DNA of 34,646 bases, taken from IMG/VR virus record IMGVR_UViG_3300042393_000897, positions 1 to 34,646 of that record; one strand, given 5' to 3'. Below the pieces are notes generated by a model. That model ran no database searches. It saw only the letters and a list, made by a program, of their open reading frames with translations, and was not told the origin of the DNA. Position 1 is the stretch's first letter; each line of letters opens with the position of its first letter. Shown here in pieces: positions 7,858 through 16,259 of this stretch. Source of the stretch: a virus. Its lineage: Duplodnaviria; Caudoviricetes. Position numbers and translations under genes: made by a program.

Positions 7858-9087
7858 GTGTCTGAACACCACCGATTGAGCCCTTCTGATGCAGACGGTT
7901 GGATGGTTTGCGCTGGCAAGCCCCGCATGGAGGAACGGTTCCCAAACGAATCGTCCGAGTTCTCCAGCGAAGGTACTGCTGCGCATACCCTGCGCGAACG
8001 CTGCCTGACGACGGGACGTGATGTGCAGGAGTTCGTCGGCGACACTATTGAAGCTGACGAACTGTTCTTCGAGGTGACTCAGGATTGGGTGACTTGGCTT
8101 CAGCCCGGCATCGACCGCATTCGTGAGGCCAAAGGTTTCACTTGGACGTTCGAGTACCGGACTGAGATGGACCCTTGGATTCCCGGCGGCTTCGGCACCC
8201 TGGACGCCGGCGGCATCTCTGCCGACCTGATTGTCATTGACGATCTCAAATTTGGCCGGGGCATCGCTGTCGACGCTGTGCAGAACAAGCAGCTTATGAT
8301 TTATGCACTCGGTTTTTGGATGAACTACGCCCGTCACAAGACCAAGGCGAAGAACTTCCTGTTGCGCATTGATCAGCCGCGTGTCGTTGGCGGCGGGACC
8401 GAGTGGGAAGTGACGCTGGACGAGCTGCTGATCTTCGCTGAGCAGGTTGCTGCCGCTGCGATCGCCACCCTCGAACCTGACGCGCCGCTGCAACCGAGTG
8501 TGAAGGGCTGCCAGTTCTGCCGGGCTGCCAAGAACACTGCCTGCTACGCGCTGGACCAGTTCTGCTTGGACCTGATGGGCCTGAACCTCGAACACCTGGA
8601 TGCCCTGCGCACCAAGGAGCCTGACTTGACCACTTATGACCAGCTGACGCCTGAGCGGCGCAGCTACCTGCTGAAGCACACTGCGCTGATCCGCGGTTGG
8701 ATTGCCAACTTCCATTCGGTTGCGTTGGACGATGCGATCAAGGGTCTGCCCGTTCCCGGATTCAAGGCTGTTGCGACTCTGGGTGATCGGAGCTGGCTTA
8801 GCGAGGAACAGGCTGAAGATTTCTGGAAAGGCAAGCTGACGGCCAAAGAGATGTACAGCCAGAAGCTGAAGTCTCCCGCCCAGATGGAAGCGGTCGCCGG
8901 CACTCGCAACTGGACGAAAGCCCAGGAGCTGATTCACCGCCCTGAAGGCAAGCCTGCGCTGGTGCCTGTCACTGACAAACGGGATGCACTTATCCCACTG
9001 CTGGACCTGCTGGATGATCTACCTGACGACGACCGGGATGTCCTGGCCGCCGACCCAACTGTCGAAGAATTCGACGATCTGATTTGA
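7858..9087 (+). CDS. DUF2800 Cas4/RecB-like PD-(D/E)XK exonuclease
   Basis: HHRLSPS...W..C, EGTAAH, FGTLD, IDDLKFG, QLMIYALG, CQFCRA. Confidence 0.9.
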   Translation: MSEHHRLSPSDADGWMVCAGKPRMEERFPNESSEFSSEGTAAHTLRERCLTTGRDVQEFVGDTIEADELFFEVTQDWVTWLQPGIDRIREAKGFTWTFEYRTEMDPWIPGGFGTLDAGGISADLIVIDDLKFGRGIAVDAVQNKQLMIYALGFWMNYARHKTKAKNFLLRIDQPRVVGGGTEWEVTLDELLIFAEQVAAAAIATLEPDAPLQPSVKGCQFCRAAKNTACYALDQFCLDLMGLNLEHLDALRTKEPDLTTYDQLTPERRSYLLKHTALIRGWIANFHSVALDDAIKGLPVPGFKAVATLGDRSWLSEEQAEDFWKGKLTAKEMYSQKLKSPAQMEAVAGTRNWTKAQELIHRPEGKPALVPVTDKRDALIPLLDLLDDLPDDDRDVLAADPTVEEFDDLI

Positions 9088-9104
9088 CCCCGGAGTAATT
9101 GAAA

Positions 9105-9695
9105 ATGGCCGAAGCACGCCCTGATGTAGTTGTTCTTCAAGCAGTCCGCCTGTCCTTCCCGAAACTGTGGAAGGCCGAAGCGTCGACCCCGGACAGCGCG
9201 CCCAAGTTCGGCGCCAGCTTCCTGATCGACCCGACGACCGACACCGGCAAGGCGAACATCAAAAAGATCGAAGCTGCGATCAAGCACATCAAAACCAAGA
9301 CTTGGCAGGAAAAGGCCGAGAAGATTTACAACAACATCGAGGACAAGCGTAAGGCTTACCGCGATGGCGACAGCGCCACCAACGCAGAAGGTGACGTGTA
9401 TTCGGGCTACGAGGACATGATGTATGTGTCCGCCAGTAACCGTAAGCGTCCGCAGGTGCTGAACCGCGACAAAACCCCGTTGACCGAAGAAGACGGCGTG
9501 ATCTACGGCGGCTGCTATGTGGATGCCGTGGTCAGCTTCTACGCTGTGACCAAGAAAGAGCAGGGCGGCAACGGTCTGTTTGCCACGATTGAAGTTGTCC
9601 GCTTCCGTAAGGACGGCGAAGCCTTCGGTGCTGGTGCCGTGGACGCAGACGACTACCTCGAAGACTTGGACGACGATGACGACGACATGATCTAA
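9105..9695 (+). CDS. DUF2815 single-stranded DNA-binding protein
   Basis: VRLSFPKLW, IYGGCYVDA, KDGEAFG motifs and an acidic tail. Confidence 0.9.
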   Translation: MAEARPDVVVLQAVRLSFPKLWKAEASTPDSAPKFGASFLIDPTTDTGKANIKKIEAAIKHIKTKTWQEKAEKIYNNIEDKRKAYRDGDSATNAEGDVYSGYEDMMYVSASNRKRPQVLNRDKTPLTEEDGVIYGGCYVDAVVSFYAVTKKEQGGNGLFATIEVVRFRKDGEAFGAGAVDADDYLEDLDDDDDDMI

Positions 9696-9712
9696 CGGTC
9701 GGCAGAATGGAT

Positions 9713-9741
9713 AAAGGGCGCTTCGGTGCCCTTTTTCTTTT
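9713..9741 (+). terminator. Intrinsic terminator after SSB
   Basis: AAAGGGCGC-TTCG-GTGCCCTTT followed by TTCTTTT. Confidence 0.85.
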
Positions 9742-9796
9742 CAACCATTTGTGGAATAATCCACGAACATTTGAACTATCGACTTGAGCTGAGTAT

Positions 9797-10909
9797 ATGA
9801 AACCCAAGAAGAAGGTCGTCCTCGACGTAGAATGTTACAAGAATTACTTCATGGTCGGCGTCAAGAACATCGAGACCGGCAAGGTGCTGAACTTCGAGCT
9901 GTATGATGGCTGCTCGATGGACCTGCAGACCCTGGATAAAGTCATCCGCCAGTGCCAGGTGATCACCTTCAACGGCAACAGCTACGACATGCCGATGGTC
10001 ACGTTGGCCTTGTCTGGCGCCAGCACCATAATGCTGAAGAAGGTCAGCGACCAGATCATCACGCGCAACCTGAAGCCCTGGAACTTCGAGCGGGCCTATG
10101 GCGTGCGCATCCCCAAGATTGATCACGTCGACCTGATCGAGGTGGCCCCAGGTCAGGCCAGCCTGAAAATCTACGCCGGCCGGGTGCACGCGCTGAAGAT
10201 GCAGGACCTGCCGATCGAGCCGGATGCGCTGATCACCGATGACGTTCGCCCCATCATGGTCTCCTACAACAACATCGGCGACCTGCCGGCCACCATCGCG
10301 CTGCACGCCGCCCTGATCCCGCAGATCGAGCTGCGCGAACGGATGTCGAAGGAATACGGGATTGACCTGCGCTCGAAGTCGGACGCCCAGATCGCCGAGA
10401 CCGTGATCAAGGCCCAGCTCGAGAACCTGACCGGCATAAAGCCCGAGCGGCCAGAAGTGCCCGAGGGCACCACCTTCAAATACAAGGTGCCGGCGTTCCT
10501 GAGCTACACCACCGACACCATGAAAGAGGTGCTGGAGATGGTCCGCAACGCCGACTTCGTGGTGACCGACACCGGCGGGATCAAGATGCCAGATGAGCTG
10601 GCCAACGCCAACGTGGTGATCGGCAACTCGGTCTTCCGCATGGGCATCGGTGGGCTGCACTCCAGCGAAAGCTCCGTCTTCCACATTGCCGACGACGACA
10701 CCCTGCTGCTCGACCGCGACGTGGCCAGCTACTACCCGGCCATCATCCTGGGTCAGGGCCTGTACCCGAGCCACCTCGGCCCCGACTTCCTGACCGTGTA
10801 TCGGAAGATTGTTCAACAGCGCCTCGCTGCGAAGGCCCGCGCAGATGTGCTTCGCGCAGAGATTTCCAAAATAAAAGCCCGCATCAAGGAGCTTGAAAAT
10901 GGCCAATAA
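9797..10909 (+). CDS. Family B DNA polymerase, N-terminal subunit (3'-5' exonuclease + motif A)
   Basis: Exo I LDVECY, Exo II TFNGNSYD, motif A DVASYYP; ends in the fingers helix RLAAK plus a coiled-coil extension. Confidence 0.9.
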   Translation: MKPKKKVVLDVECYKNYFMVGVKNIETGKVLNFELYDGCSMDLQTLDKVIRQCQVITFNGNSYDMPMVTLALSGASTIMLKKVSDQIITRNLKPWNFERAYGVRIPKIDHVDLIEVAPGQASLKIYAGRVHALKMQDLPIEPDALITDDVRPIMVSYNNIGDLPATIALHAALIPQIELRERMSKEYGIDLRSKSDAQIAETVIKAQLENLTGIKPERPEVPEGTTFKYKVPAFLSYTTDTMKEVLEMVRNADFVVTDTGGIKMPDELANANVVIGNSVFRMGIGGLHSSESSVFHIADDDTLLLDRDVASYYPAIILGQGLYPSHLGPDFLTVYRKIVQQRLAAKARADVLRAEISKIKARIKELENGQ

Positions 10910-11570
10910 AGAATATCACCCACGAGGCGTGCCAATTGGGGACTTCGCTGCTAGGCAGCACCCTTTGTATGCCACATGGGCGGCAATGCGTGATCGTTGT
11001 TTGAACCAAAACTCCCCAAACTACGAGAACTACGGTGGTCGCGGCATCGCCATCTGCGATCGTTGGGATCATTTTCGGTTTTTTGTTGTGGACATGGGTC
11101 TCAAGCCGGAACGATCGCTCACCATTGAACGTATCAAAAACGACCTTGGTTATGGCCCTGACAATTGCAGGTGGGATACCCGCTCCAATCAGTGTGTTAA
11201 CCGCCGAAAATTCCGAAACAACACGAGCGGTGAAACGGGCATCGTGGCGGTTCGTGGCGGTCGATTCTCGGCGCAATTCGACTATATGCACGAACGCTTT
11301 CAGGTTGGTCGCTTTTCCACGTTAGAAGATGCCACCTCTGCTCGTTGCGCCTTCGTGGAACTCTTCTTCACTGACCGGGAGCTGGCGATTGCGTCTTTAC
11401 CGAAGCAACCCGCTCGCTTCGATTCCACAACCGGGGTTCGCGGCATCACTCCGCACGCCGATGGTGGGTTTATTGTTCGTGTTACTGAGGATGGTGTTCG
11501 TCGCTATCTTGGATATTTCAAAGAATTTTCGGAGGCAGTAGATGAGCGAGCTAAATTCCTTACACGCTGA
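10899..11570 (+). mobile_element. Free-standing HNH homing endonuclease with two AP2-like DNA-binding repeats, inserted within the polymerase gene
   Basis: YATWAAMRDRC...YGGRGI..CDRW...IERIKNDLGYGPDNCRW...NRR; AP2-like repeats (NTSGETGI...VGRFSTLEDA; STTGVRGI...LGYFKEFSEA); overlaps both polymerase halves. Confidence 0.9.
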
Positions 11571-12537
11571 GTTGGCGAAGCTAGAGCTTGAACTTATTGG
11601 TGTTGCAGCTGAGCGCGACGGAAAAAAAGTGGCGATCAATGGTAGCTTCGGAAAGCTGGGCTCCAAGTGGTCAACCCTGTACTCCCCGGACCTGATGATC
11701 CAGGTGACGATCACCGGCCAGCTGGCGCTGCTGATGTTCATCGAGGCGCTGGAGGAAGCCGGCATTCCGGTGGTCAGCGCCAACACAGACGGTGTGGTGT
11801 TCAAGTGCCCAGCCTCCCGCCGGCCCGACGTGGACGCGATCGTGGCCACTTGGGAGAAGGCGACGGGCTTCGAGACTGAGGAAACCCGGTACAAGGCGCT
11901 CTACAGCCGTGACGTGAACAACTACATCGCCATCAAACCCGACGGCAAGATCAAGCTGAAGGGGGCCTATGCGCAGGCCGGGCTGCAGAAGAACCCGACC
12001 AACGAGATCGCGGTCGAGGCGGCGGTCAAGTACCTTTCCCAAGGTGTTCCGGTAGAAGAGACTGTCGGCAATTGTGGCGACCTGACCAAGTTCGTCACGG
12101 TGCGTCAGGTGCAGGGCGGCGCCATTCAGGGCTACAGCGACTTTAACTCGAAGGCCAAGGTCGCCGAGAAGCTGGCGTGCCTGACCCGCAACGGCTGGTC
12201 GGAGTGGCCGCAGAAGGGTACGTGGACCAACGACGACTTCACGCTGTCGATGAGCCGTGAGGACGCCTACAAGCACTGCGGGAAAGTGCGCGACCCCGTG
12301 TATCTGGGCAAGGCGATCCGCTGGTACTACGGCATCGGCGAGACCCGCGACATCCGCTACAAGATTAACAACAACGCTGTTCCTCGCTCCCGCGGCGCCG
12401 TCCCGGTGATGAACCTACCGGATGAGCTGCCCAGCGACCTGAACTTCGACTGGTATGTCCGGGAAGCCTTCTCCATCCTGCGCGATGTCGGGCACCCGAA
12501 GTTCCAGTACCACGACCAGTTTGAAGACCTAATTTAA
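11542..12537 (+). CDS. Family B DNA polymerase, C-terminal subunit (motifs B, C, thumb)
   Basis: Motif B KVAINGSFGK, TITGQ, motif C SANTDG, RDVNNY, KLKG; own GGAGG RBS at 11531-11535. Confidence 0.9.
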   Translation: MSELNSLHAELAKLELELIGVAAERDGKKVAINGSFGKLGSKWSTLYSPDLMIQVTITGQLALLMFIEALEEAGIPVVSANTDGVVFKCPASRRPDVDAIVATWEKATGFETEETRYKALYSRDVNNYIAIKPDGKIKLKGAYAQAGLQKNPTNEIAVEAAVKYLSQGVPVEETVGNCGDLTKFVTVRQVQGGAIQGYSDFNSKAKVAEKLACLTRNGWSEWPQKGTWTNDDFTLSMSREDAYKHCGKVRDPVYLGKAIRWYYGIGETRDIRYKINNNAVPRSRGAVPVMNLPDELPSDLNFDWYVREAFSILRDVGHPKFQYHDQFEDLI

Positions 12538-12553
12538 ATAACAGGAGAGAGTT

Positions 12554-13504
12554 GTGGCTAAAGAGAAAATGTTCGTCAGCTTCAGCGGTGGCCGAACTTC
12601 TGCCTATATGTCTTGGTGGCTGAAAGCAAATATGAGTGATAAATACGAATTTGTATTTCTATTTGCCAATACTGGCCAAGAACATGAAGAAACTTTAAAG
12701 TTCGTGCAGCGTTGTGACGAGGCGTTCGCTCTAAACTTGGTTTGGGTTGAAGCTAAAGTCCATCACGGCGAACGTAGAGGGACCACTCACAAAATTGTCG
12801 ACTTTAATAGCGCCTGTCGTAAGGGTGCACCTTTTGAGGAAATGATCAAGAAATACGGCATACCGAACACCTCGTACCCTCACTGCACACGCGAACTCAA
12901 GTTAAACCCTATGTATTCTTTCATCAATGAGGTTTGGCCTGAGAGAGACTACTTGGTTGCTGTTGGTATTCGATCGGATGAGCAGAAGCGCCGTCGAAAG
13001 GATGCTGAAAAGGCAAAAATTGTTTACCCGCTGATGGATTGGAACCCTGTCGACAAGCAGGATGTGAACAGTTGGTGGGAAGAGCAATCTTTCAATCTTC
13101 AACTTGAAGAGTATGAAGGCAACTGCGTTTGGTGCTGGAAGAAAACTGACCGGAAGCACTTTCTCAATTTGTCCAGAAACGTGACTAGATACGCATTTCC
13201 TGACCGGATGGAGCAACTATATGGTCAGTCTGGATCGGGAGATCAATCTCGCGTCTTCTTTCGTCAAAATCGCTCAACTCGCAACTTGATCGGGCAATTG
13301 CAGCTTATGAATCCTGATACGAGGATGGGTTCTCGTGACGATGAGGACGCAGGTTGCTCGGAAAGCTGTGAAGCCTTTGGTGCAGTTGAGTGCGGCGGAG
13401 TTGAGTGCGGCGGTTGCGATCTCATAGGGACACTGCGCTCTAGCGGGGAAGGCGACTCCCACATTGTTGACTACGACGCCATGGCCCTCGACCCACTCAT
13501 TTGA
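12554..13504 (+). CDS. PAPS-reductase-family (PP-loop) protein
   Basis: VSFSGGRTS PP-loop, ANTGQEH, CTRELK, GIRSDE..R, GNCVWCWKK; more AT-rich than its neighbours. Confidence 0.85.
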   Translation: MAKEKMFVSFSGGRTSAYMSWWLKANMSDKYEFVFLFANTGQEHEETLKFVQRCDEAFALNLVWVEAKVHHGERRGTTHKIVDFNSACRKGAPFEEMIKKYGIPNTSYPHCTRELKLNPMYSFINEVWPERDYLVAVGIRSDEQKRRRKDAEKAKIVYPLMDWNPVDKQDVNSWWEEQSFNLQLEEYEGNCVWCWKKTDRKHFLNLSRNVTRYAFPDRMEQLYGQSGSGDQSRVFFRQNRSTRNLIGQLQLMNPDTRMGSRDDEDAGCSESCEAFGAVECGGVECGGCDLIGTLRSSGEGDSHIVDYDAMALDPLI

Positions 13505-13538
13505 CTCATGTTTCAACTACTTACGGAAATTTCTACCA

Positions 13539-13820
13539 ATGATTGAAGCGCCAATTGAAGACTGGGCATGTGATGAGGCCGAGAAAGCCGGCTGGCTGGT
13601 TCGTAAACTCAAATGGGTAGGACGCCGGAGCGGTTGCGACCGCTTCTTCGCCAAAGACGGCCGCGTGCTGCTGATCGAGTTCAAGCGCCCAGGCGGCAAG
13701 CCAAACCCTGGCCAGGAGCGCGAGATTGCTCGCCTACAGGCCGCTGGCGTCGAGGTGCATGTGGTGGACAACCCACTGGCCGCTTTGCGCATACTGGAGG
13801 TGGTCTATGCGCCCGTATAG
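13539..13820 (+). CDS. VRR-NUC domain nuclease
   Basis: E..IE, GCDR, IEFKRPGGKP..GQ motif; directly upstream of the SNF2 helicase. Confidence 0.9.
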   Translation: MIEAPIEDWACDEAEKAGWLVRKLKWVGRRSGCDRFFAKDGRVLLIEFKRPGGKPNPGQEREIARLQAAGVEVHVVDNPLAALRILEVVYAPV

Positions 13821-15276
13821 TGATCTGCGTGAAATCCAGCACGTCGCAATTGAGCGGGCGTGCACTCAACCTGAGCTGATGCTCGGCCTGCAGATGGGCT
13901 TCGGGAAATCCATCATCACCCTGAGCGCGCTTCGCCGGCTGCTCGACACCTTCCAGGTCAGCCATGTGCTGGTGATCGCCCCGCTGCTGGTGGCCGAGGA
14001 AGTCTGGCCAGGCGAGATCGAGGCGTGGGAGCACACCAGCGTGTTGGACTACGAGGTGTTGACCGGGCCGCCTGACCGCCGGGAACAGCGCGCCCGTCGC
14101 CTTCCAGAGATCAGCATCGTCAACACTGAGAACGTCACTTGGTTGGTGGACTTCTGGGGCGATGACTGGCCCTACGATTGCCTGGTTATCGACGAGATTT
14201 CCCGGTTCAAGAACCCCTCGAAGAAGACCAAGCCGACCAAGGTGGCCATCCAGAAGATCGTCGACGAGACGCTGCGTTCGCTGCCAAAGGGGACGCTGCC
14301 CGAGGACGCCGAGCTGGCCGTGGCCAAAGCCGTGAAGAAGGCTCAGCGCAACCCAACCCGCTTCGGCGCCCTGTGCAAGGTGCGCAAGCAGATTGATCGC
14401 GTGATCGGGTTGACCGGCACTATGGCGCCCAACGGCCTGCTGGACATCTGGAGTCAGTTCTACCTACTGGATCAGGGTCAGCGGCTGGGCAGCACGTTCA
14501 ACGCCTTCCGCACCCGCTGGTTCGAGAGCGACTACATGGGGTTCAAATACTCAATCCGCTCGGGATCGTTCGAGCAGATCGTGGAACGAATCAAGGACAT
14601 CACCGTCAGCATGAAGACTGAGGACTATGCGGACATGCCGCCGGTGCTCCATAACGTCCTGAAGGTGCGACTTCCAAAAAAAGTGATGGACCAATACCGG
14701 AAATTTGAGAAGACCTTACTGCTTGAGGAACACGACATCGAGGCGGTGAACAATGGGGTGCTGACGGGCAAACTTCTCCAATTGGCGAACGGGTCAGTCT
14801 ATGACGAAAACGGGGACGCGATCGAGGTCCACAGCCTGAAGATGGATGCACTGGATCGGGTGATCGAAGAGGCTGCTGGGGCTCCGGTTTTGGTGGCCTA
14901 CAGCTACCAGTTCGATCTGGAAAAACTGCGCAAAAAATACCCACATGCTGAAGTTGTAGGCGAAGCGCCCAATCTGCAAAAGCGCTGGAACAACAAGGAA
15001 ATCTCGATCCTGCTGGCCCATCCGCAGTCGGCAGGCCATGGCTTAAATTTGCAGTACGGCGGCCACGTCACCGTCTGGTACGGATTGTGCTGGAGTCTGG
15101 AGTATTACCAGCAGCTGAACAAACGCCTACACCGCCCGGGGCAGACCGAGACGGTAATCATCCACCACATCGTCGCGGAGGGTACGGTAGACGACCGTGT
15201 GATGGCTGTTTTGCCGGAGAAGGATGCGACTCAAAATGCCCTGGTTGAGGCCACCCTCTACCGTCCGGGTGCATAA
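13807..15276 (+). CDS. SNF2-family (SF2) helicase
   Basis: MGFGKS Walker A, IDEIS, GLTGT, SAGHGLNLQ, QLNKRLHRPGQ. Confidence 0.92.
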   Translation: MRPYSDLREIQHVAIERACTQPELMLGLQMGFGKSIITLSALRRLLDTFQVSHVLVIAPLLVAEEVWPGEIEAWEHTSVLDYEVLTGPPDRREQRARRLPEISIVNTENVTWLVDFWGDDWPYDCLVIDEISRFKNPSKKTKPTKVAIQKIVDETLRSLPKGTLPEDAELAVAKAVKKAQRNPTRFGALCKVRKQIDRVIGLTGTMAPNGLLDIWSQFYLLDQGQRLGSTFNAFRTRWFESDYMGFKYSIRSGSFEQIVERIKDITVSMKTEDYADMPPVLHNVLKVRLPKKVMDQYRKFEKTLLLEEHDIEAVNNGVLTGKLLQLANGSVYDENGDAIEVHSLKMDALDRVIEEAAGAPVLVAYSYQFDLEKLRKKYPHAEVVGEAPNLQKRWNNKEISILLAHPQSAGHGLNLQYGGHVTVWYGLCWSLEYYQQLNKRLHRPGQTETVIIHHIVAEGTVDDRVMAVLPEKDATQNALVEATLYRPGA

Positions 15277-15323
15277 TTTGCATAGCTGCCGGGCTTGACT
15301 CGAACAGATCACCCAAATACCCA

Positions 15324-15340
15324 TTCAACAATCAGTTGAA
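15324..15340. promoter_or_regulatory. Perfect TTCAAC-N5-GTTGAA operator-like site upstream of the repressor
   Basis: TTCAAC-AATCA-GTTGAA lies between TTGACT (15295-15300) and the AGGAG RBS. Confidence 0.75.
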
Positions 15341-15357
15341 ATTAACAGGAGATTGGA

Positions 15358-16020
15358 TTGGGTGACAAAGGCTTTGCGAAGCGGCTGAACACGGCCTGCG
15401 ACGGGCATCCTCATATTCCCCCGTATGGGTTTGGCAGGCAGACTTGGATCAAGGAAAAGCTCGACGTAAGTCACGAAGCTGTCCGCAAATGGTTCACCGG
15501 CGAGTCCCGTCCTCGCCCGGTCAAAATGAAAGACCTCTCTCGAGCACTTGAGGTCGATGAGGCTTGGTTGGCGCTGGGTATCGCGCCAGACATGCACCCC
15601 AACGAACGGCGCGCACGCAACATCGCAGCCGAAGGTGCCGTACACACGGCTATGGGACTGGTTCAGATGAACGGTGGGCATTGCGCCTTCCCTGACGATC
15701 GTGACCCACGGGCAGCATTCGTCGACTTCTACGCGATCATCCGCGGTCAGCAGATGGCCTTCCATATCAGCCTTGCGCAGCAGATCAGCGAAGGGCAGTA
15801 CAAGTTCGTGATCCCCCGAGAGTTCGACCAGTGCACGATCGTCGGACTCATCCACGTTTTCCCGCTCAGGGTTCACGCGATACGGATGAACTTCGACCTG
15901 ATCGAAAGGCATAAGGTCAGGCGTGGTGGTTACTTCGAGGTGACCGTGAGTAAACGTGATAGTGAGTATTTCACCGGGTCGGACAGCTGGCCCCGCATGC
16001 ACAACCTGAACAACTTCTAA
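15358..16020 (+). CDS. XRE/HTH transcriptional regulator, probable immunity repressor
   Basis: VSHEAVRKWFTGESRPR...LSRALEVDEAWLALG HTH; TTG start with AGGAG RBS. Confidence 0.75.
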   Translation: MGDKGFAKRLNTACDGHPHIPPYGFGRQTWIKEKLDVSHEAVRKWFTGESRPRPVKMKDLSRALEVDEAWLALGIAPDMHPNERRARNIAAEGAVHTAMGLVQMNGGHCAFPDDRDPRAAFVDFYAIIRGQQMAFHISLAQQISEGQYKFVIPREFDQCTIVGLIHVFPLRVHAIRMNFDLIERHKVRRGGYFEVTVSKRDSEYFTGSDSWPRMHNLNNF

Positions 16021-16026
16021 GAGGCC

Positions 16027-16251
16027 ATGATGGAATGTCCGTGGGTCGCCTTGCGCGACGTGGTGAAGCTATTCGGCGTCACCTATGAGACTGCCAAGAA
16101 CCGCATTTACGCAGAGAACTTCCCGGTGCCAGTGCGCCGGGAGGGCAAGCTGTTGGTCGTCGACAAGGCTGTGCTGGAACGATACTTTGAGGAACGACGC
16201 GCTGCCGATATGGCGCGTTTTTCTTTGCTCAGCGATTCAACTAAGAGGTGA
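16027..16251 (+). CDS. AlpA/excisionase-like winged-helix protein
   Basis: LRDVVKLFGVTYETAKNRI..ENFPVPVRREGK; close to the integrase. Confidence 0.7.
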   Translation: MMECPWVALRDVVKLFGVTYETAKNRIYAENFPVPVRREGKLLVVDKAVLERYFEERRAADMARFSLLSDSTKR

Positions 16252-16259
16252 AAATTCAA

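Noticed and set aside
7858-9087. Cas4 of a CRISPR-Cas system
   Set aside because: It is the usual DUF2800 phage exonuclease beside DUF2815; there are no cas genes or array.
7073-10906. Long antisense ORFs (7073-7945, 7813-8937, 9776-10906)
   Set aside because: Shadow frames of high-GC sense genes with no motifs; the same applies to 23840-25000, 26845-27696 and 29311-30447.
10840-11640. Group I intron or intein in the polymerase
   Set aside because: The HNH ORF overlaps both flanking ORFs, so there is no non-coding space for P/Q/R/S elements. There are no Cys/Ser...His-Asn intein ends, and the downstream half has its own RBS.
9797-12537. Polymerase pseudogene or frameshift error
   Set aside because: All catalytic motifs are intact in both halves, and the break is filled by a coherent endonuclease gene with coupled translation signals.
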